Shown: positions 36,378 to 45,898 of the stretch, in pieces
How positions within the stretch are numbered: the stretch's first letter is position 1
How the letters are laid out: each line of letters begins with the position of its first letter
Assembly: GCA_013204385.1 (NCBI GenBank)
Contig: JABMNY010000019.1
Coordinates: 1-62,087 of the forward strand
Direction of reading: 5' to 3'
Length of the DNA stretch: 62,087 bases
DNA from: Candidatus Uhrbacteria bacterium
GTDB lineage: Bacteria; Patescibacteriota; Patescibacteriia; UBA9934; GWF2-40-263
Position numbers and translations under genes: made by a program
The notes under the pieces: generated by a model
The model's database searches: none
Told to the model about the DNA's origin: nothing
Seen by the model: the letters and a program-made list of their open reading frames with translations, nothing else

Positions 36378-37534
36378 AACGTTATTTATTTCTCCTGCTA
36401 TTCATCTTTTTTCCACTATCTGCACATGCACAAGCAGATCTTCAAATCGACGCTTCAAATATTAGTTTCTCCCAAACACCTCTTTATGCAGGTGATCAAG
36501 TTCGTATTTATGCCGAAATTACAAATGTTGGGGATGAAGACGTGTCCGGATACATTACGTTCTATCAAGGTTCTAATCTGATCGATCAGTCTGTTGTCAT
36601 TTCATTGTTGGCGGGAGGAAATCCAGAAGAAGTCTATATGGATTTTGTTGTGCCGAGTGGAAAATTCAATATCATGGCTGTCATTCAAGGGACAGATCCA
36701 GTAGATGAGAACCTGGCAAACAATTCAGCTGTTACTTCCATGATTCAACCACTATTTGATGGGGATCGAGATGGGGTGGAAGATGAGGATGACAATTGTT
36801 CAACTGTTTCCAATAGTACACAAATAGATACAGATGGAGATGGTTTGGGGGACGCATGTGATACAGACGATGATAATGATGGTCTTTCTGATGAGGTTGA
36901 AAGAGAACTTGCAACGAATCCACTAGTAATTGATTCAGACGGAGATGGAGTAGAAGATCCAGATGATGCCTATCCAAATGATGCATCAAAATCCGAAATT
37001 GAAGCGGAAGCACCTACAGTAGAGGAGAGGGTCGATATTTCTGAAACAGTAACGTTTAAGACGATTGTAGAAGAGGTTGCACGAGCACTTAAAGATGACA
37101 CAGATAGAAAAGAGTCTTCATTTGATGTAGAGATATCGGAAGAGGACACTCTTGAAACACTTTCTCAGGAAGAGATCCACTTTTCTCCGAACGCCGTTTT
37201 TCATTATACGCAAGATGCATGGAATACATTTACATTTGAAGTTCTTTCAGAGCCAAATACATCGACCATCTACATATGGGATTTTGGAGATGGGGTAACC
37301 TCTTCAAAAACAACTATTCAACACACTTACACATCAACTGGTGCATTTACTGTCACATTAGCGATGACAGATGCTTCAGGAGTTGTTTCAACAGAACATA
37401 CTGTCATCTTTGTTCCTTTTTTTCATCTTGAGAATAGGCTCATCGTCATTTCCTTGATCCTTCTTGTGATCTTATTAGGGATTTCGATTGGTTCTTTTAT
37501 CTCACTTGGGAGAAAGAAACGTAAGCAGAAGTAG
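36374..37534 (+). CDS. surface protein with CARDB-like, thrombospondin type-3 Ca-binding repeats and PKD domain, C-terminal TM
   Basis: Signal peptide; D.D.DG repeats (DNCSTVSNSTQIDTDGDGLGDACD); YIWDFGDG...HTY...G.FTV.L. Confidence 0.8.
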   Translation: MKRYLFLLLFIFFPLSAHAQADLQIDASNISFSQTPLYAGDQVRIYAEITNVGDEDVSGYITFYQGSNLIDQSVVISLLAGGNPEEVYMDFVVPSGKFNIMAVIQGTDPVDENLANNSAVTSMIQPLFDGDRDGVEDEDDNCSTVSNSTQIDTDGDGLGDACDTDDDNDGLSDEVERELATNPLVIDSDGDGVEDPDDAYPNDASKSEIEAEAPTVEERVDISETVTFKTIVEEVARALKDDTDRKESSFDVEISEEDTLETLSQEEIHFSPNAVFHYTQDAWNTFTFEVLSEPNTSTIYIWDFGDGVTSSKTTIQHTYTSTGAFTVTLAMTDASGVVSTEHTVIFVPFFHLENRLIVISLILLVILLGISIGSFISLGRKKRKQK

Positions 37535-37538
37535 CTTC

Positions 37539-39146
37539 ATGTTGAGATTTTTTCAAAAAGAATCAAAAACGATCTTAGGCGCCGCAACAATTGTGGGCGT
37601 CCTTTCGTTTGCGAGTCGTGTTGTTGGGTTTGTAAGAGATCGAATTTTGGCTGGAACTTTCGGGGCAGGAGATACATTAGACGTGTATTATGCCGCTTTC
37701 AAAATTCCGGATCTGATGTTCAATTTGATCGTTGTTGGAGCCCTTTCTGCAAGTTTCATCCCATTTTTCCTCTCTCATTACAATCGAACATTCAATGGAA
37801 AAGAACAAGCTTGGAAGTTTACAAACAACACGATCCATATTATAGGTGGAGTTGTTTTGTTGTTTTCCCTTATTCTTATTCTTTTCGCACAACCACTTGC
37901 AACTCTCGTTGCACCAGGGTTTCAGGATTATAAGCAGATACGTGTCGCGTCGTTTATGCGAGTCATGTTTCTTGGTCAGATCCTGCTTGCGATCTCAATG
38001 ATCTATGGTTCTGTTCTTCAGAGTTTAAAAAAGTTCTTTCTCTACGCACTCGCTCCCATTTTTTATAATGCTGGAATTATTGTCGGCGCGTTCTGGTTTG
38101 TCGATGTATTGGGACCAATTGGTTTAGCTTGGGGGGTTGTGTTAGGGGCCTTACTACACCTTTTGATACAAATTTTTGGAATGAAAGAGAGTGGATACCG
38201 TTATGCCTTTGTATTTGATCTAAAATCTAAAGCTGTGAGGGATATGGCTCGTCTCATGGGTCCAAGAACAATCGGACTTGCTGTAAATCAACTCATGTTT
38301 TTGATTCTTACGATCATCGCTTCTACATTTGCTGCAGGGAGTCTGACAATATTTCAATTTGCCTACAATATCGAATTCTTTCCTGTTGGAATAATCGGCG
38401 TTTCATTTGCCATTGCGGTATTCCCAACTCTTTCAGATCACATAGAAAAGAAAGATATGGAGGGTTTTGTCGATGTTATAATTACAACAATTCGGCAGTT
38501 GCTTTATCTACTCCTTCCGATGACCCTCCTTTTTCTTGTCATGCGAGCGCAGATTGTTCGAGTCGTTGTTGGGGCAGGGGCATTTGATTGGGCGGCAACA
38601 ATCTCAACAGCTGATACATTAGCGTTTTTTGCACTCACCTTCATTCCTCAATCATTGATATTTCTGCTTGCGAGGGCATTTTATGCGTTACACGACACAA
38701 TAACTCCGCTTCTGATAGCTATTGTTTCAGCATTTGTCGGAATCATGAGTGTGTTTTTGTTTAAAGATGCATTCGGAGTAGTTGCTCTTGCCATTGCCTA
38801 CTCGATGGCAGCTTCAATAAATGCGCTTCTGTTGTGGGTGACTTTGCGAAAACGCATGGGGACATTGAAGGAATCTATGCTCTTGCCAACCCTATTCAAA
38901 TTGACTATCGCGGGAGTACTTTCAGGTTTTACCATGCAAATATTGAAGCCAATTACTGTTTCTCTTATTTCACTCGAGAGTTTTGTGGGGGTATTTCTTC
39001 AAGGCTTTCTTGCTGGAGGAGCAGGGTTGGTCGTGTATTTGCTGATGGGGTGGATTTTACAGATTGAGGAACAACAAAAACTATTATCAATGTTTAAACG
39101 AGGATCATTAAAACAAGCCGCTCCACAGGAAGTTTTTCCTGAGTAA
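37539..39146 (+). CDS. murJ: lipid II flippase MurJ
   Basis: SRVVGFVRD...FG, AAFKIPD, GALSASFIP, P.GIIG, RAFYA..DT.TP; start moved to MLRFF. Confidence 0.93.
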   Translation: MLRFFQKESKTILGAATIVGVLSFASRVVGFVRDRILAGTFGAGDTLDVYYAAFKIPDLMFNLIVVGALSASFIPFFLSHYNRTFNGKEQAWKFTNNTIHIIGGVVLLFSLILILFAQPLATLVAPGFQDYKQIRVASFMRVMFLGQILLAISMIYGSVLQSLKKFFLYALAPIFYNAGIIVGAFWFVDVLGPIGLAWGVVLGALLHLLIQIFGMKESGYRYAFVFDLKSKAVRDMARLMGPRTIGLAVNQLMFLILTIIASTFAAGSLTIFQFAYNIEFFPVGIIGVSFAIAVFPTLSDHIEKKDMEGFVDVIITTIRQLLYLLLPMTLLFLVMRAQIVRVVVGAGAFDWAATISTADTLAFFALTFIPQSLIFLLARAFYALHDTITPLLIAIVSAFVGIMSVFLFKDAFGVVALAIAYSMAASINALLLWVTLRKRMGTLKESMLLPTLFKLTIAGVLSGFTMQILKPITVSLISLESFVGVFLQGFLAGGAGLVVYLLMGWILQIEEQQKLLSMFKRGSLKQAAPQEVFPE

Positions 39147-39188
39147 GGATTGGACGTGAAATCGAGCCTTTTGTAGAATACAAATCTT

Positions 39189-41066
39189 ATGACGATACAT
39201 GAAATCAGAGCGAAATATCTGAAGTTTTTCAAGGAGCGTGGTCACGCTATTCTTCCTTCTGCTCCACTTATTCCTGATAATGATCCATCGACACTGTTTA
39301 CTGGATCGGGTATGCAACCGATGGTTCCTTACTTATTGGGGGAAACACATCCAATGGGGGTGAGATTAGCTGATTCGCAGAAATGCTTTCGATCACAAGA
39401 TATTGAAGAGGTAGGGGATAATAGGCATACAACTTTTTTTGAGATGCTTGGAAATTGGTCATTAGGAGATTATTTTAAGCAAGAACAGTTGTCTTGGATA
39501 TTTGAATTTCTTACAAAAGAGCTCAATTTGGATCCCCATAAGTTATATGTCTCGGTTTACCGTGGTAATGCATTTATTGATAAGGACATTGAGTCAGCAA
39601 CTATTTGGAAGACCATTTTTTCTGGTGTTGATATAGAAGCTCGAGATATTGACTTTTCAGAGCGTGATGGCATGCAAGACGGAAGAATCTTTTACTATAA
39701 TGATTCAAAAAATTGGTGGTCTCGATCTGGAATTCCAGAAAAAATGCCAATAGGAGAACCAGGAGGTCCAGATTCTGAATTATTCTGGGATTTCGGAGAG
39801 GATTTAGGATTTCATGAAGTATCTCAATGGAAGGATCAGTTGTGTCATGTGAATTGTGACTGTGGACGATTTTTAGAAATCGGAAATAGCGTGTTCATGG
39901 AATATCGGAAAACAGAAGATGGATTCGAATCACTTCCTCAAAAAAATGTTGATTTTGGTGGTGGACTTATGCGTTTGGCTGCAGCTGTAAATGGTGATCC
40001 GGATATCTTTACAGTTGATGCGTATGATCCAATGAGAAGAATGCTTGAAAGTCGTACAACTCGTGCTTATGGATCATCTCCTGAGGTGACTCGGTCGATG
40101 CGAGTGATTTTAGATCATTTATGTGCAGCAACCTTTCTTATTGGTGATGATGTTTTTCCATCAAATAAGGACCAGGGGTATTTTGTTCGTCGATTAATCA
40201 GAAGGGCCGTCCGTTTTGGAAAGAAATTAGGAATTGAAGAATCTTTTATTGGGGAGATCGGAAGTCTCTATATCAGTGACTATGGGGAAGTCTATGAAGA
40301 CCTGGTCCACAAAAAAGAACAAATTATTGCTCAGTTGCTACTTGAGGAGGGAAAATTTTCAAAGACCCTGAAGAAGGGGGAAATTGAATTTGAAAAAATG
40401 TTTAAAACAAAAGGAATGATTTCAGGTGAGGATGCCTTTGTTCTCTATTCAACTTATGGGTTCCCAATCGAGTTGAGCGAAGAAATGGCTCAGGAACACG
40501 GACAGAATGTTGATAAAATTGTCTTTCAGGAAGAATTCAAAAAACATCAAGATACCTCACGTGCAGGATCAGTGCAGAAATTTTCTGGAGGACTTGCCGA
40601 TCATTCAGATGCAACCGTAAGGCTTCACACAGCTACCCACATGCTTCATCAGGCACTTAGAACGGTATTAGGCGAGCATGTAGAACAAAAAGGATCAAAT
40701 ATCACTCCTGAGCGTCTTCGTTTCGATTTCTCACATCCTGAAAAAATGACACTTGAGCAAATGCAGGCTGTAGAGGATTTGATAAATACAAACATTCAGT
40801 TAGATTTGTCAGTTCATTTTGAACTCTTAACACTAGATCAAGCAAAACAGCGAGGAGCAATAGGCTTATTTGAGGATAAGTATGCGCAATTGGGGGAGCA
40901 AATAAAAGTCTACTTCATAGGAGATGAGGCAGCTGGAGGATCATATAGTAAGGAGGTTTGTGGTGGACCCCATGTTGAACGTACCGGTATTTTGGGTCAC
41001 TTTAAAATTTTGAAGGAAGAATCTGCGTCTAGTGGGGTGAGAAGAATTAAAGCAAAACTCGATTAA
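39189..41066 (+). CDS. alaS: alanine--tRNA ligase, short form (catalytic + editing domain, no C-Ala)
   Basis: GMQP, HTTFFEMLGNWSLGDYFK, HTATH, QKGS, LRFDF, EVCGGPHV; ends GVRRIKAKLD. Confidence 0.96.
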   Translation: MTIHEIRAKYLKFFKERGHAILPSAPLIPDNDPSTLFTGSGMQPMVPYLLGETHPMGVRLADSQKCFRSQDIEEVGDNRHTTFFEMLGNWSLGDYFKQEQLSWIFEFLTKELNLDPHKLYVSVYRGNAFIDKDIESATIWKTIFSGVDIEARDIDFSERDGMQDGRIFYYNDSKNWWSRSGIPEKMPIGEPGGPDSELFWDFGEDLGFHEVSQWKDQLCHVNCDCGRFLEIGNSVFMEYRKTEDGFESLPQKNVDFGGGLMRLAAAVNGDPDIFTVDAYDPMRRMLESRTTRAYGSSPEVTRSMRVILDHLCAATFLIGDDVFPSNKDQGYFVRRLIRRAVRFGKKLGIEESFIGEIGSLYISDYGEVYEDLVHKKEQIIAQLLLEEGKFSKTLKKGEIEFEKMFKTKGMISGEDAFVLYSTYGFPIELSEEMAQEHGQNVDKIVFQEEFKKHQDTSRAGSVQKFSGGLADHSDATVRLHTATHMLHQALRTVLGEHVEQKGSNITPERLRFDFSHPEKMTLEQMQAVEDLINTNIQLDLSVHFELLTLDQAKQRGAIGLFEDKYAQLGEQIKVYFIGDEAAGGSYSKEVCGGPHVERTGILGHFKILKEESASSGVRRIKAKLD

Positions 41067-41119
41067 AACCCATATAAAAAGCAAGATTCACTCTGAATTT
41101 GTTATCCACGTTCACATTC

Positions 41120-41204
41120 TTGACAATAAAGGCATGGATCAGTACAATACCGGCGCCTTAAATCTCCAGTATTTCTTGCCGTTTTTAGCAAACAGTGCTA
41201 GAAT
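41120..41204 (+). promoter_or_regulatory. tandem promoters of the infA-rps operon: TTGACA-17-TACAAT (41120-41148) and TTGCCG-17-TAGAAT (41176-41204)
   Basis: Hexamers and spacers read from sequence. Confidence 0.65.
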
Positions 41205-41221
41205 TCTGTCGTTATTTTACT

Positions 41222-41443
41222 ATGGCAAAAACGACAAAAGATTTCATTGAGATGCGGGGTACAGTAGAAGAACTTCTACCTTCCGCAAAGTTCAAAATAA
41301 AACTAGAAAATGGGCAGATCATCACAGGCCACTTGTCTGGGAAGATGCGCAAGTTTCGAATCAGAATCCTTCCGGGTGATGATGTGAAGCTTGAAATAAG
41401 CCCGTACGACCTTACAAAGGGTCGTGTAGTCTATCGATTTTAG
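41222..41443 (+). CDS. infA: translation initiation factor IF-1
   Basis: [30 protein letters not shown]; start moved to MAKTT. Confidence 0.97.
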   Translation: MAKTTKDFIEMRGTVEELLPSAKFKIKLENGQIITGHLSGKMRKFRIRILPGDDVKLEISPYDLTKGRVVYRF

Positions 41444-41480
41444 CAAAACGCCATCGATCGTTTCGGTGACGTTTATGATT

Positions 41481-41594
41481 ATGAAAGTACGATCATCAGC
41501 GAAAAAAATTTGTCGCGATTGTAAAGTTCTTCGACGAGAAGGTCGCGTCGTTGTAATTTGTAAAAATCCGCGTCATAAACAACGTCAAGGTTAA
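41481..41594 (+). CDS. rpmJ: 50S ribosomal protein L36 (not in ORF track)
   Basis: [37 protein letters not shown], Zn-binding form. Confidence 0.97.
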   Translation: MKVRSSAKKICRDCKVLRREGRVVVICKNPRHKQRQG

Positions 41595-41598
41595 TACT

Positions 41599-41985
41599 AT
41601 GGCACGAATTGCAGGAGTTACTATTCCATCTGATAAAAGAATCGTCATTGCTCTGACCTATGTTTATGGTGTCGGACTTACGACATCAAAAAAGATTCTT
41701 GCTCAAACTGGTGTCGATGAAAATATTCGCACAAAAGATTTGACAGATGATCAAGTAAACAGTTTACGAGCTCTTCTTGAGAAAAGTTACCGACTTGAAG
41801 GTGACCTTCGTCGAGATAAGTTATCAAACATCAAACGCTTAAAGGAAATTGGATCCTATCGAGGTTCTCGACATGGAAAAGGTTTGCCTTCACGAGGGCA
41901 GCGAACTAAGTCCAATTCACGAACTGTCCGTGGAAATACCCGTAAAACTACAGGTAGCGGACGTAGAACTCTTACAAAGACCTAA
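41599..41985 (+). CDS. rpsM: 30S ribosomal protein S13
   Basis: [33 protein letters not shown]. Confidence 0.98.
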   Translation: MARIAGVTIPSDKRIVIALTYVYGVGLTTSKKILAQTGVDENIRTKDLTDDQVNSLRALLEKSYRLEGDLRRDKLSNIKRLKEIGSYRGSRHGKGLPSRGQRTKSNSRTVRGNTRKTTGSGRRTLTKT

Positions 41986-41990
41986 TCTCT

Positions 41991-42389
41991 ATGGCTGTTC
42001 AGAGCAAATCAAAATCACGAGCAAAAAACAAAGTTGCCCGACAAGTGTCACAAGGGTGTGCTTATATTCAATCTACGTATAACAACACGATTGTTACACT
42101 CACGGATTTGAATGGTAATGCGCTCGGTTGGTCTAGTGCAGGAAACTGTGGATTTAAAGGACCGAAGAAATCAACTCCCTACGCTGCAAGTATTGTTGTA
42201 AAGACAGCTGCAGATCGAGTAAAAGAAACAGGTCTCAAAGAAATTAACGTTTTTGTAACAGGAGTTGGATCAGGTCGTGATTCTGCAATCCGTGCACTTA
42301 ATGCAAATGGATTCCAGGTTCTTTCTATTAAGGACACAACCCCTCTTCCACATAACGGCTGTCGGCAGAAAAAGCCACGACGCGTATAG
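41991..42389 (+). CDS. rpsK: 30S ribosomal protein S11
   Basis: STYNNTIV, KKSTPYAA, DTTPLPHNGCR. Confidence 0.98.
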   Translation: MAVQSKSKSRAKNKVARQVSQGCAYIQSTYNNTIVTLTDLNGNALGWSSAGNCGFKGPKKSTPYAASIVVKTAADRVKETGLKEINVFVTGVGSGRDSAIRALNANGFQVLSIKDTTPLPHNGCRQKKPRRV

Positions 42390-42392
42390 AAT

Positions 42393-43007
42393 ATGGCAAA
42401 ACATCGAACTCCCATTGTTAAACTCTCCCGCCGTTTAGGTATTACATTAGGTAAGGAAAAATACGTCCGACGACGTCCTTATCCACCTGGTGTGCATGGT
42501 CCTAAACAAGCACGTAGTCGCAAACGACTTTCTTCTTTTGGTGAACAGCTCATCGAAAAACAGAAGGCAAAAGCGATCTACGGTGTTCTTGAGAGACAGT
42601 TTTCTGGATATTTTCAGAAAGCATCTCGAAAAGAAGGGGATACTTCTGAAAATCTCGTACGATTACTTGAACTCAGACTTGATAACGTTGTTTACCGACT
42701 TGGATGGGCACGAACACGTCGTCAGTCTCGACAGATGGTGAATCACGGATTCATTCAGGTAAACGCTGGTCGTGTTGATATTCCTTCTTATAGTGTCTCA
42801 GTCGGTGATATAATCACGATTAAGCCATCAAAAGTAGAGAAGGGTATCGTCAAAGTCATTCCAGAAGCAATGAACTTAGGAACACTTCCAGGATGGATTT
42901 CTCGAGATGATAAAGCGACGTCTGGGAAAATTACCTCTCTTCCAGAGGGCGAGGAGTTGAAACAAGGTTTTGACCCAACACTCATCGTAGAGTTCTACTC
43001 ACGATAA
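42393..43007 (+). CDS. rpsD: 30S ribosomal protein S4
   Basis: QL.EKQK, LELRLDNVVYRLG, RQMVNHG, IVEFYSR. Confidence 0.98.
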   Translation: MAKHRTPIVKLSRRLGITLGKEKYVRRRPYPPGVHGPKQARSRKRLSSFGEQLIEKQKAKAIYGVLERQFSGYFQKASRKEGDTSENLVRLLELRLDNVVYRLGWARTRRQSRQMVNHGFIQVNAGRVDIPSYSVSVGDIITIKPSKVEKGIVKVIPEAMNLGTLPGWISRDDKATSGKITSLPEGEELKQGFDPTLIVEFYSR

Positions 43008-43030
43008 TCATCAATTTTAATCTTTGCAGT

Positions 43031-43783
43031 ATGGAGAACATTCTTCTTCCATCACGTATTCAATACGAGGATGGTGAGCGCGCCAATGAAGGCGTACTGA
43101 CAATCGATCCTTGTTTCTATGGATACGGTACAACACTTGGAAATGCGCTTAGACGTGTTCTCTTGTCTACACTTCCAGGAGCTGCTGTTACAGCAGTGAA
43201 GATCAAAGGAGTTAATCATGAGTTTCAATCCGTGAAAGGTGTAAAGGAAGATGCTCTTGAAATGATTCTGAACATTAAGTCACTTCGACTAAAATGTTTC
43301 TCAGACGAACCTGTAAAGCTCAAACTAAATGTCTCAGGGGCAAAAGTTGTCACCGCAGCAGATATTGAGCCAAATGCAGACGTCGAGATCATCAATACAG
43401 ATCTCGTTCTTGGGACAATTACAGAAGCTGATGCAAGTTTAGACATGGAGTTTACTGTACGTCGAGGACGTGGTTACACCACAAGTGAAGATCGGGCAAA
43501 CGAAGAAAATAGAGACCTTGGAACTATTTCAATCGATGCACTCTTCTCTCCAGTACGAAATGTTGGATACAGAGTAGAAAATACACGCGTTGGAGAAATC
43601 ACCAACTATGATCGATTGATCATGAACATCGAAACCGATGGAACCATCAGTCCAAAGGAAGCGGTCGAGGAATCTGCAAAAATCCTTATTGACTACTTCT
43701 CAATTTTGACAAATAATCAGACGTCATCCATTCCAGCTGAATCATTTGATAAAGCTGAGTCGGTTGAAACTTCGGAGGAATAG
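43031..43783 (+). CDS. rpoA: RNA polymerase alpha subunit (NTD only)
   Basis: GYGTTLGNALRRVLLS, HEF..V.GVKED, GRGY, DALFSPV, YDRL; no alpha-CTD. Confidence 0.96.
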   Translation: MENILLPSRIQYEDGERANEGVLTIDPCFYGYGTTLGNALRRVLLSTLPGAAVTAVKIKGVNHEFQSVKGVKEDALEMILNIKSLRLKCFSDEPVKLKLNVSGAKVVTAADIEPNADVEIINTDLVLGTITEADASLDMEFTVRRGRGYTTSEDRANEENRDLGTISIDALFSPVRNVGYRVENTRVGEITNYDRLIMNIETDGTISPKEAVEESAKILIDYFSILTNNQTSSIPAESFDKAESVETSEE

Positions 43784-43788
43784 AATAT

Positions 43789-44139
43789 ATGCGTCATCGA
43801 AAGAAAGGAACAATTCTAGGAAGAGAGAAGGCCCCTCGAGAGGCTTTGCTTCGAAACCTTGCTGCAAGTATTATTTTGCATGAGAAGGTAAAGACAACAG
43901 AAGCAAAGGCAAAAGCGGTTAAGCCTCTTGTTGAGAAAGCAATTACGTCTGGAAAATCACAGACCCTAGCTTCTCGACGAAAGCTTCTTAGCTTTTTCTA
44001 TACAGATCATGCAGTAAACAAAATTTTCGATGTGCTCGCTGCACGATATGAAAATCGTCCAGGTGGATACACCCGAATTATTAAACTTGGACATCGGAAG
44101 AACGATGGAGCAGATATCGTTCAGATTGAACTCGTTTAG
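43789..44139 (+). CDS. rplQ: 50S ribosomal protein L17
   Basis: MRHRK, TTEAKAK, RPGGYTRI. Confidence 0.98.
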   Translation: MRHRKKGTILGREKAPREALLRNLAASIILHEKVKTTEAKAKAVKPLVEKAITSGKSQTLASRRKLLSFFYTDHAVNKIFDVLAARYENRPGGYTRIIKLGHRKNDGADIVQIELV

Positions 44140-44149
44140 CTATAAATGT

Positions 44150-44500
44150 ATGTCACGAGAAATCCACACAATTGATGCAGAAGGGAAGGCTCCAGGACGC
44201 CTCGCAACAGAGATTGCGAGACTTCTTATTGGTAAGCATAAACCAACATATACTCCTCATATTGATGATGGAGACCATGTTCAGGTATTGAATGCTGGAA
44301 AAATGGAGGTTACCGGAAAAAAGATGACTCAAAAGGTCTATTATCATCATACAGAATATGCAAAAGGTCTTCGTATAAAGAAGATGAGCAAAATTTGGAG
44401 TGATGATCCAGGTGAAGTTTTAAGACGTGCGGTATCACGCATGCTTCCTAAAAACAAGCACCGAAATGAGCGTCATAAACGACTTGTCGTAACGAACTAG
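44150..44500 (+). CDS. rplM: 50S ribosomal protein L13
   Basis: IDAEG..PGRLA, GKHKPTYTPH.D.GD, AVSRMLPKN; start moved to MSREI. Confidence 0.97.
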   Translation: MSREIHTIDAEGKAPGRLATEIARLLIGKHKPTYTPHIDDGDHVQVLNAGKMEVTGKKMTQKVYYHHTEYAKGLRIKKMSKIWSDDPGEVLRRAVSRMLPKNKHRNERHKRLVVTN

Positions 44501-44505
44501 CTGAT

Positions 44506-44910
44506 ATGAGTACCAACGAAACACGCTATATTGAAGCTGTCGGACGACGAAAACAAGCGGTTGCACGCGTTCGTCTTCATCATGCTGGAACAGGATCGAT
44601 CAAAATTGATGATCGTGAACTCGAAGAATATCTTCCTATTGAAATCATGCAACAGGCTGTAAAAGCCCCGCTTCGTGAAACAGGAATGGATAATGTATTT
44701 GATATCACCGTTCACGTTAACGGAGGTGGAATTCATGGGCAAGCTGATGCGATTCGACTCGGAATTACACGTGCGCTTATGGAATTCAATCCTGAATTTC
44801 GCGCAACGCTTAAGAAAGCTGGATTTGTCACACGAGATCCTCGTGTACGTGAGCGAAAAAAGTTTGGAAAGAAGTCTGCTCGCCGATCCCCACAGTGGTC
44901 AAAGCGATAG
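44506..44910 (+). CDS. rpsI: 30S ribosomal protein S9
   Basis: GRRKQAVARV, GGG.HGQA.AIR, TRDPRVRERKK.G, QWSKR. Confidence 0.98.
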   Translation: MSTNETRYIEAVGRRKQAVARVRLHHAGTGSIKIDDRELEEYLPIEIMQQAVKAPLRETGMDNVFDITVHVNGGGIHGQADAIRLGITRALMEFNPEFRATLKKAGFVTRDPRVRERKKFGKKSARRSPQWSKR

Positions 44911-44925
44911 TCACAAAATTGATAC

Positions 44926-44950
44926 AAACCAGGGCAATTGCCCTGGTTTT
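44926..44950. terminator. terminator after rpsI
   Basis: AAACCAGGGC-AATT-GCCCTGGTTTT. Confidence 0.8.
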
Positions 44951-44977
44951 GACTTATTCGGCTGAAAATGATTAAAT
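44949..44977 (+). promoter_or_regulatory. promoter TTGACT-17-TTAAAT for the 44997 gene
   Basis: Read from sequence; followed by AAGGAGGT SD. Confidence 0.5.
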
Positions 44978-44996
44978 TCGCGCGAAGGAGGTGTAG

Positions 44997-45821
44997 ATGA
45001 ACTCAGAACTGCTCTACAGTCCAAAGGCCAATAGAGGCCTTCTCTGGACTCTTCGAGATGATGACAAAACAAATTACCCTCTCCCAGGGTATGATTGGCT
45101 GTTGGCGGAAGATGATGTACTCAAGGCACCGTGGGGTGATCATGGGGCTCAGACTCCTGTCACATTCGCGTTGACGCTGACATTCGAAGGCATTAGGCGA
45201 ACCAATAATGAGCGATCCAACATGGGATGTTTCTCTCTGGTTGTCTATCCCAAGGATGCGGCGCTGATCAAAGCTGAGCGTGAAAGAATCGGGAATTCTG
45301 ACTCACCAAGGGATTCGATCAAAAAAGTCATCATCATTCTGTCGAAAATGCCGATGTATCCTGGTGCTCAGTTGACCCTGATGGGTGCACACCACGGAAC
45401 AGCTGGAACGCGACTCTATCTCAGCTTCTCGGCCACTGCGGGATGGGGTGCCATTGTGTCACGACGAGATGCAGAGATCGCTCGTCATCATCTGAACCAT
45501 CCATGGTACGATCGGTTTTGGAATCGTCTCATGAGACGTCCTGCAGTTTTGCCCCCCGAAGCCTTGAACCTCGATCCACCAGAGGATCCTTGGATGGAGG
45601 AAAAGAATCGCAAAGCAATCCTCGCACTTATCGAAGGGAAGGGCTTGGGAGGTGGACCTCTGAGATTGGCTGGTGAAAGCCTGATGCGAAAGCTCTGCAG
45701 AGATCCTCGGATCGAACCAGTAGCATCGAACTACCACCAGACGGGTCCTATGACCATCCTGGGTTCCAGACAGGACGCACCCTCTCGGATGCCTTCCAGT
45801 CTCACCATCGTTCAGATGTAG
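44997..45821 (+). CDS. hypothetical protein (274 aa, ORFan-like)
   Basis: AAGGAGGTG SD, own promoter and terminator; no family recognised. Confidence 0.7.
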   Translation: MNSELLYSPKANRGLLWTLRDDDKTNYPLPGYDWLLAEDDVLKAPWGDHGAQTPVTFALTLTFEGIRRTNNERSNMGCFSLVVYPKDAALIKAERERIGNSDSPRDSIKKVIIILSKMPMYPGAQLTLMGAHHGTAGTRLYLSFSATAGWGAIVSRRDAEIARHHLNHPWYDRFWNRLMRRPAVLPPEALNLDPPEDPWMEEKNRKAILALIEGKGLGGGPLRLAGESLMRKLCRDPRIEPVASNYHQTGPMTILGSRQDAPSRMPSSLTIVQM

Positions 45822-45842
45822 AATACTTCTTCCTTGACGCAC

Positions 45843-45870
45843 CGGCGGAACGCTTCCGCCGCTTTTTTTT
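45843..45870 (+). terminator. intrinsic terminator
   Basis: CGGCGGAA-CGC-TTCCGCCG + T-run. Confidence 0.8.
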
Positions 45871-45898
45871 ACTTGAAATTCGTGTAAACTGTCAGGGT

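Noticed and set aside
36760-36990. Repeat array or CRISPR-like periodicity
   Set aside because: Explained by coding D-x-D-x-D-G thrombospondin-type repeats; no constant-length repeat-spacer pattern here or elsewhere in the window.
41102-41110. DnaA box (TTATCCACG) / oriC
   Set aside because: Single 8/9 match with no cluster or DUE; the TTATCC in the shared palindrome is also not a DnaA box.
41067-41221. tRNA or ncRNA in the alaS-infA spacer
   Set aside because: No cloverleaf; explained by tandem promoters.
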